From: an uncultured Clostridium sp. | GTDB lineage: Bacteria; Bacillota_I; Bacilli_A; RF39; UBA660 | DNA: 64,000 nucleotides | Direction: 5' to 3' | Assembly (NCBI GenBank): GCA_964490375.1 | Contig: CAZBAZ010000002.1 | Location: forward strand, 4,448 to 68,447 | Shown: one piece after another, positions 58,458-64,000 of the stretch | Layout of the letters: each line of letters starts with the position of its first letter | Numbering within the stretch: position 1 is the stretch's first letter | Translations under genes and position numbers: made by a program | Notes under the pieces: generated by a model | What the model saw: the letters and a program-made list of their open reading frames with translations, nothing else | What the model was told of the DNA's origin: nothing | Database searches by the model: none

Positions 58458-59888
58458 TTATTTTCTTGGACCATTTTTATCATTACTTAAACTATTAATA
58501 TTAGACAAATAATTAGCATAATATTCTATAAGTTCCTCTTCATTCATACGCTCAATATTAACGCCTGCAATTTGAAGATTAGTTTTAATTGTACTAATAA
58601 TAGAAAATTTATCAAAATTACTTAACATCTCACGATAATTTGTAGAGTCATTAGGATTTGAAGAATGCCTTGTAAATCTCATTGTACCACCAAAATAATA
58701 AAAATCACTTAACGCAACTTTTAATTGTTCAGGACCATATTTTTGAAGAGTAGCATTACATATAGCATCCAAACTAGTACTCAAAGTATTTCCAAATGAA
58801 ATAGACGTAAACCTTTCCACCATCGTTACTAAATCAATTTTACTTGCATCACCAAACTTTTTTGAAACAATATTATAAATCATATTAAACATTTCTTTAC
58901 TAGAAACATTATCTTTAAGTTGCTTTCTCAAATCTTTACCACCGGATGTAAAAAAATTATAGTCACCACTATTTATCGCCTTAAAAATAGCACAATTAAC
59001 TTGCTCAATACCATATTTATCATAAGTAGCAGTTGCAGTTTTTATAAATATTTCTTCCTTTTGTTCAGGTGTCAATTGAAATCCAACTTTAAAATCATTA
59101 CTAGGTTTTTCAAATTGACCTTTAGTGAATCCAATAGCTTCTGAATATGCAGATTTTATACTACTATAATATTCATTATTCTTAAATAAAGAATCAAATT
59201 CTCTATTAAAATCACCAACATTAACACTACTCTTATGCAAATTTTTATTAATGAACTTTGCTATTCCTTCAGCAATTTCATGATTATATGAAAATCCTTC
59301 CTCATACATAAGACCTATTCCATTATAATTAGGAACAAATGGATTTGTTTTATTTAAGCCAGTCTTTATATATTTATTACTATTACAAAAATCTATAATT
59401 CTATATGCATTTTTAGTATCTTCTAATGGCAATCTAATTACAACATTATCATTTCTTAAATCCATTCCTACCTTTGAAGCATGTGCCATATCTAATGATA
59501 TCATAAAATCAAACAATTCATTAACACCTTTAGCCAAATGTTCATAATCAAGAGGAACATATATCTTGATATCACTTCCACCTAAACCTACTAAATCCAT
59601 TTTATTTGTAAACTGACAAAAATATCTCCAATTATCAGCTCTAAAAACATTTATATTACGAATTTCTTTAAATCTATCAATCCATGTATAAAATAAATTT
59701 TCAATATATTGTTTTTTTTCGTGATCATTTTCTTTGATATTAGTTCTACATAATAAATAATATACATCATCTGTAGATAGTATAGTATTATTTTGTTTAG
59801 AAATAGCTAGTATCATATTTAAGAAATCATTCATTTCACTAATTCTAGGAGAATCCAAAGAAATACCTGTATTAGGCAAATTACTCAT
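58458..59888 (-). CDS. hypothetical protein (476 aa), no recognisable domain
   Basis: Start at MSNLPNTG (ATG 59886-88) with GGAGGA 9 nt upstream. The track's earlier ATG overlaps the upstream ORF. Confidence 0.5.
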   Translation of the reverse strand: MSNLPNTGISLDSPRISEMNDFLNMILAISKQNNTILSTDDVYYLLCRTNIKENDHEKKQYIENLFYTWIDRFKEIRNINVFRADNWRYFCQFTNKMDLVGLGGSDIKIYVPLDYEHLAKGVNELFDFMISLDMAHASKVGMDLRNDNVVIRLPLEDTKNAYRIIDFCNSNKYIKTGLNKTNPFVPNYNGIGLMYEEGFSYNHEIAEGIAKFINKNLHKSSVNVGDFNREFDSLFKNNEYYSSIKSAYSEAIGFTKGQFEKPSNDFKVGFQLTPEQKEEIFIKTATATYDKYGIEQVNCAIFKAINSGDYNFFTSGGKDLRKQLKDNVSSKEMFNMIYNIVSKKFGDASKIDLVTMVERFTSISFGNTLSTSLDAICNATLQKYGPEQLKVALSDFYYFGGTMRFTRHSSNPNDSTNYREMLSNFDKFSIISTIKTNLQIAGVNIERMNEEELIEYYANYLSNINSLSNDKNGPRK

Positions 59889-60081
59889 TTTTTTCTTCCT
59901 CCAAATCAAGTTTTAAATCAGTAATAGTATCTTCTAAAGCATTTTTAATTTCTTTAGTATTAATAACTACTGTATCATCCAAATCATCAATATTATGAAT
60001 TGCTATACCTGTTTTTCCTTCAGAACTCTCATCTTCAATTACTATAGTTTCATTTCCATATTTTAATGTCTTCATAAGCAT
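59881..60081 (-). CDS. small acidic protein, translationally coupled to downstream 476-aa gene
   Basis: 66 aa, Asp/Glu-rich. Its stop is 2 nt before the next start, and the downstream gene's RBS lies within its last codons. Confidence 0.45.
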   Translation of the reverse strand: MLMKTLKYGNETIVIEDESSEGKTGIAIHNIDDLDDTVVINTKEIKNALEDTITDLKLDLEEEKNE

Positions 60082-60175
60082 ATTCTCCTTATAAATATTA
60101 TATTATAGAGAAGTGCTAAAGTAAAATTATAATGTAAAGATTTACACAATTACATATAATATTCTAGGTGATTAT

Positions 60176-60604
60176 ATGTTAATTAATTATACAACTAAAG
60201 AACTAGATATGTGTGCAAGATTAATGAGAGCAGAAGCTTTGGCTGAAGGAGATCTTGGAATGTTAATGGTAGGAAATGTTATTGTCAATAGAGCCATTGC
60301 AAATTGTTTAGACTTTAAAAATATAAGAAGTATTAAAGAAGTTGTTTCATCAAGTAAAGGTGGCTTTGTAGGATACAATAGTTCTCTTTATAATAGTGGA
60401 AGTGCAACATCAAAAGAAAAAGAATTAGCAAAAAGAGTACTAAAAGGGGAATACTATTACCCAGCTACGAATGCATTATGGTTTTATTCTCCATCTAAAA
60501 ATGCAGAATGCAAAAATACATGGTTTAATCAAAGAAATGTAGGAAGATATAAAGGCCATTGTTTTTATGCTCCAGACCCTGGTATATGTAAAGAATTATA
60601 TTAA
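60176..60604 (+). CDS. SleB/CwlJ-family cell-wall hydrolase (Hydrolase_2 domain)
   Basis: MCARLMRAEALAEGDLGMLMVGNVIVNRA...ALWFYSP Hydrolase_2 signature. GGTGA RBS. Confidence 0.75.
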   Translation: MLINYTTKELDMCARLMRAEALAEGDLGMLMVGNVIVNRAIANCLDFKNIRSIKEVVSSSKGGFVGYNSSLYNSGSATSKEKELAKRVLKGEYYYPATNALWFYSPSKNAECKNTWFNQRNVGRYKGHCFYAPDPGICKELY

Positions 60605-60649
60605 TGATTTTACTATAATATTATGATATAATGTACTCACGAGGTAGCC

Positions 60650-62137
60650 ATGGAAATACTTAATTTTATAATAAATAAAATTGCTAGTTTTTATAATACA
60701 GGAAACACTATAAATGAAATAATAGCAACAATTCTTGCAATATTAGTTTTTCATAAACCAATATATTTTTTGATTGGAATATTCTTTACACGTAAATTTA
60801 AGCAAGCAAAGAAAAAACACAAATATGCAATTATGATAGCAGCAAGAAATGAAGAAAAAGTAATTGGTAATTTAATAGATAGTATTCATAAACAAGATTA
60901 TCCAAAAGATTTATTAACCATCTTTGTAGTAGCAGACAATTGTACTGATTCAACAGCAAAAATAGCAAGAGACAAAGGATGCATATGTTATGAAAGATTT
61001 GATAGTGAACATAAAACTAAAGGATATGCATTAGAATTTTTGGTCAACAATATAAAAAAAGATTATGGAATAGAATCTTATGAAGGATATTTTATATTTG
61101 ATGCTGATAATTTATTAAAAAAAGATTTTATTTCTAAAATGAATAATGCATTTGATTCAGGAGAAAAAATAATTACGTCATATAGAAATACGAAAAACTT
61201 TGATGAAAATTGGGTAGCATCTACATATGCAATTCATTGGATAAGGTCAATAAGACTAAATCATAGAGCAAGAAGTGTTTTAAGACTCGCAACAAATATT
61301 CAAGGAACAGGTTTTTTATTTTCAAATGAAGTTATTAAAGATGGATGGCATTACACTTCATTAACCGAAGATAGAGCGCTAACAGCAGATGCAGTAGCTC
61401 AAGGATATAAAATTACATATCAAGATGAAGCAGAGTTTTATGATGAACAACCTACTAGTTTAAAAATAGCATGGAGGCAAAGACTTAGATGGTCAAAAGG
61501 ACATTTGCAAGCCTTTGCACAAACTGGTCCATATTTATTTGCAAATATATTTTTAGGAAAACATTTTATTAAAACAAAATGGAGAAAAATAGAAAAAAAG
61601 AAAAACAAAACTATAAAAGACTATTTGCTATCATTAATTGAATCAATAAGACATAGATTTGCATCATTTGACACCTTATCACAACTAACACCAATATCAT
61701 TTATAAATTTAGTGAGATGGTTAATATTTACAGTAATAATTTATTGTTCATACACTTATATTAATGGATTAGAAACAACATATATTTTTGATGGAAGTAA
61801 CTATTTATCAAAACTACTTGGCAATATTTTTAACTTTAATATTTCAGCAAGTCCTGGATTTCACGCGATGTATTTAGCTTTCATACTCTGTGTTTTCTAT
61901 AGAATTATTTATAGATTATCAATAAATATAAGTAACATGTTAATAGGTATATATGTTCTAGTTGTAGAAAGAAAAAGAATCAAAAAAATAAGTTTCAAAA
62001 ACAAATTATTATTTATATTTACATGGCCAACATTTGATATTATAGGAAGATATACTACATATATAGCTTTATTTAAAAAAGTTACATGGAAACCTATTCC
62101 ACATAATAGTAATGTAACAATAGATAATGTAAAGTAA
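60650..62137 (+). CDS. membrane-bound processive family-2 glycosyltransferase (synthase-type)
   Basis: N-terminal TM, AARNEE, DNCTDST, DADN (DxD), TEDR, QRLRWSKG (QxxRW), C-terminal TM bundle. Confidence 0.75.
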   Translation: MEILNFIINKIASFYNTGNTINEIIATILAILVFHKPIYFLIGIFFTRKFKQAKKKHKYAIMIAARNEEKVIGNLIDSIHKQDYPKDLLTIFVVADNCTDSTAKIARDKGCICYERFDSEHKTKGYALEFLVNNIKKDYGIESYEGYFIFDADNLLKKDFISKMNNAFDSGEKIITSYRNTKNFDENWVASTYAIHWIRSIRLNHRARSVLRLATNIQGTGFLFSNEVIKDGWHYTSLTEDRALTADAVAQGYKITYQDEAEFYDEQPTSLKIAWRQRLRWSKGHLQAFAQTGPYLFANIFLGKHFIKTKWRKIEKKKNKTIKDYLLSLIESIRHRFASFDTLSQLTPISFINLVRWLIFTVIIYCSYTYINGLETTYIFDGSNYLSKLLGNIFNFNISASPGFHAMYLAFILCVFYRIIYRLSINISNMLIGIYVLVVERKRIKKISFKNKLLFIFTWPTFDIIGRYTTYIALFKKVTWKPIPHNSNVTIDNVK

Positions 62138-62200
62138 TCAAATTTACATTAAAAGTTTAATATGATATAATTTAAGAGATTTTTTAGAGGTTGATATTTT

Positions 62201-63697
62201 ATGGTTAAAATTTTAGGTGATATTATTACATTTTTAGGTAGTTTATATCCATGGTTAAAAAAATTTAATGCTTTGTTGGGTGCTATATTAGTTTATGCAG
62301 TATTTTATAGAAAAATATATTTTTTAATAGGAATGTTTTTTACAAGAAAGTTTAAACCTGCAAAAAAGAAGCATAAATATGCAATAGTTATAGCAGCAAG
62401 AAATGAAGAAAAAGTAATTGGTAATTTAATAGATAGTATTCATAAGCAAGATTATCCAAAAGACTTATTAACTATCTTTGTAGTGGCAGACAACTGTACT
62501 GATTCAACTGCAAAAATAGTTAGAAATAAAGGATGTATATGTTATGAAAGATTTGATAGTGAGCATAAAACTAAAGGATATGCATTAGAATTTCTATTTG
62601 ATAGAATTGAAGAAGACTACAAAAGAAATTCATTTGAAGGTTTTTTTGTATTTGATGCAGATAATTTATTAAAAAAAGATTTTATTTCTAAAATGAATGA
62701 TGCATTTGATTCCGGAGAAAAAATTATTACTTCATACAGAAATATAAAAAACATTGATGAAAATTGGATTACAATATGTTTTGGAGTTCACTGGTTAAGA
62801 TCAATTCGTGAAAATCATAGAGCAAGAAGTGTTTTAAGACTTGCAACTAATCTTCAAGGAACTGGATATTTATTTGCAAGTGAAGTAGTTGAAAATGGAT
62901 GGCATTATACCTCATTAACTGAAGATAGAGGTTTCACAGCAGATGCAGTGTCACAAGGATATAGAATTTCCTATCAAAATGATGCAGAATTTTATGATGA
63001 ACAAACTCCAAATTATAAAGTTGCATATAATCAAAAATTACGTTGGTCAAAAGGTTTATTAATAAATTTTAAAGAATCAGGACTTAAGTTATTTGCAAAT
63101 ATATTCTTCGGTGAAAAATTTGTAAAAGTTAAATGGACAAAACAACAAAAAAAGAAATATCCATGGTGGAAAAAAATATTATTATCAATTAAGCAAAGAT
63201 TTATGATGTATGATACATTTATGCATCTTCTTCCAACTAATGTTATAAATATTTTTAGATGGCTAACTGTATCTTTATTCTTTCATGCTTGTTATTGTTA
63301 TTCTCATGGATTATCATCAACCAATCTTCTATCAGGTGGTACATATCTTGCAAAAATATTAAGACATTGGTTTAATCCAATGATAGAGATACCAGCTGGA
63401 ACAAAAGCATTCTTTGTTGGACTATTAATATTTATTTGGGCTAGATTATTTTATAGAATCGGAGCATATATTGAAAAAATCGGCATCTATTATTATGTTC
63501 TATTTATGGAAAGAAAAAGAATCAAAAAAATGCCTATCAAAAACATTATCAAATGGAGTTTAACATGGCCAATATTTGATATAGTAGGAAGATACACAAC
63601 ATACATTGCATTATTTAAAGATGTAGGATGGAAACCTATTCCACATACAAGTAAAATAACTATAGATGATATTGCAAATGAACAAAACAAAAAATAA
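62201..63697 (+). CDS. membrane-bound processive family-2 glycosyltransferase, tandem paralog
   Basis: Same motif set (AARNEE, DNCTDST, DADN, TEDR, QKLRWSKG). About 200 nt of near-identical DNA with the upstream copy. Confidence 0.75.
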   Translation: MVKILGDIITFLGSLYPWLKKFNALLGAILVYAVFYRKIYFLIGMFFTRKFKPAKKKHKYAIVIAARNEEKVIGNLIDSIHKQDYPKDLLTIFVVADNCTDSTAKIVRNKGCICYERFDSEHKTKGYALEFLFDRIEEDYKRNSFEGFFVFDADNLLKKDFISKMNDAFDSGEKIITSYRNIKNIDENWITICFGVHWLRSIRENHRARSVLRLATNLQGTGYLFASEVVENGWHYTSLTEDRGFTADAVSQGYRISYQNDAEFYDEQTPNYKVAYNQKLRWSKGLLINFKESGLKLFANIFFGEKFVKVKWTKQQKKKYPWWKKILLSIKQRFMMYDTFMHLLPTNVINIFRWLTVSLFFHACYCYSHGLSSTNLLSGGTYLAKILRHWFNPMIEIPAGTKAFFVGLLIFIWARLFYRIGAYIEKIGIYYYVLFMERKRIKKMPIKNIIKWSLTWPIFDIVGRYTTYIALFKDVGWKPIPHTSKITIDDIANEQNKK

Positions 63698-63707
63698 AAG
63701 AAACTCA

Positions 63708-64000
63708 TTAATTTTGAGTTTCTTTTTCATTATCACTTTTTGAATTATCTTTCTCTATCTTAACATTTTTAAAATAATTAAATTTAAGAGCTAAATCATT
63801 CTTTTTAGTTAAATAACTTACTAAATAATTTTTTTCATCTAATTCTTCAGAATCAATTTTTTTATTATTAGTAACTTCTGCTCCACTTACATAAACATTA
63901 CCATCGTACCAAGAATAATCACTAAAGAATACTATTCCTTCATAGTCAGGATCCAATGCATCTTCACCAATATAATTATTAACATTATATTTTATGCCAA
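63708..64000 (-). CDS. hypothetical protein, C-terminal part (gene starts beyond window end)
   Basis: The ORF stays open to position 64000 on the minus strand. The track's M at 63956 is a TTG codon within ...EDALDPDYEG. Confidence 0.4.
   Translation of the reverse strand, partial: GIKYNVNNYIGEDALDPDYEGIVFFSDYSWYDGNVYVSGAEVTNNKKIDSEELDEKNYLVSYLTKKNDLALKFNYFKNVKIEKDNSKSDNEKETQN

Noticed and set aside
1-64000. CRISPR arrays, rRNA genes, transposases, phage genes
   Set aside because: No regularly spaced direct repeats, no rRNA-like conserved stretches and no integrase, transposase, terminase or capsid motifs are seen. The only tandem repeats are in-frame coding repeats.

Overview
Very AT-rich (GC low, by eye) chromosomal segment from a low-GC, spore-forming Firmicute, probably Clostridia-like. 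The lineage call rests on the CotJ, CotF-like and SleB-like spore genes and on parA-parB-DUF951...ychF synteny. Long ORFs end at TAA/TAG/TGA, so the standard code applies. Most of the window is core housekeeping. Identifiable units include an OmpR-type two-component system flanked by membrane/beta-helix proteins; an iscR(Rrf2)-nifS-nifU Fe-S operon; mscL; murE; two Tim44-like/zinc-ribbon paralogs; xfp phosphoketolase; tsaE; cotJA/B-cotJC; an ABC-2 exporter; tRNA-Asn(GTT); a CIRCE-controlled hsp20; a cadherin-like surface protein; a dockerin-bearing papain-like peptidase; ychF; an AbgT transporter; parAB; a six-gene lipid-related cluster; PBP1A; murI; ddl with a membrane-anchored MurF-like ligase; and tRNA-Trp(CCA). 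No integrase, transposase, phage structural gene or CRISPR array is visible. The unusual items are all domain-architecture or neighbourhood oddities. These are: an RdgB-C26 amidohydrolase fusion; a Mur ligase whose N-domain is replaced by a 5-TM segment; an E2-like acyltransferase with DHR changed to DER, coupled to an acyl-CoA ligase; a standalone Clp D1-only AAA+ protein; an orphan SUKH/SMI1 immunity-like gene; a translationally coupled unknown gene pair beside tRNA-Trp; tandemly duplicated processive GT2 synthases; and a CotJA-CotJB fusion. All functional calls come from motifs recognised by eye. No database searches were run.
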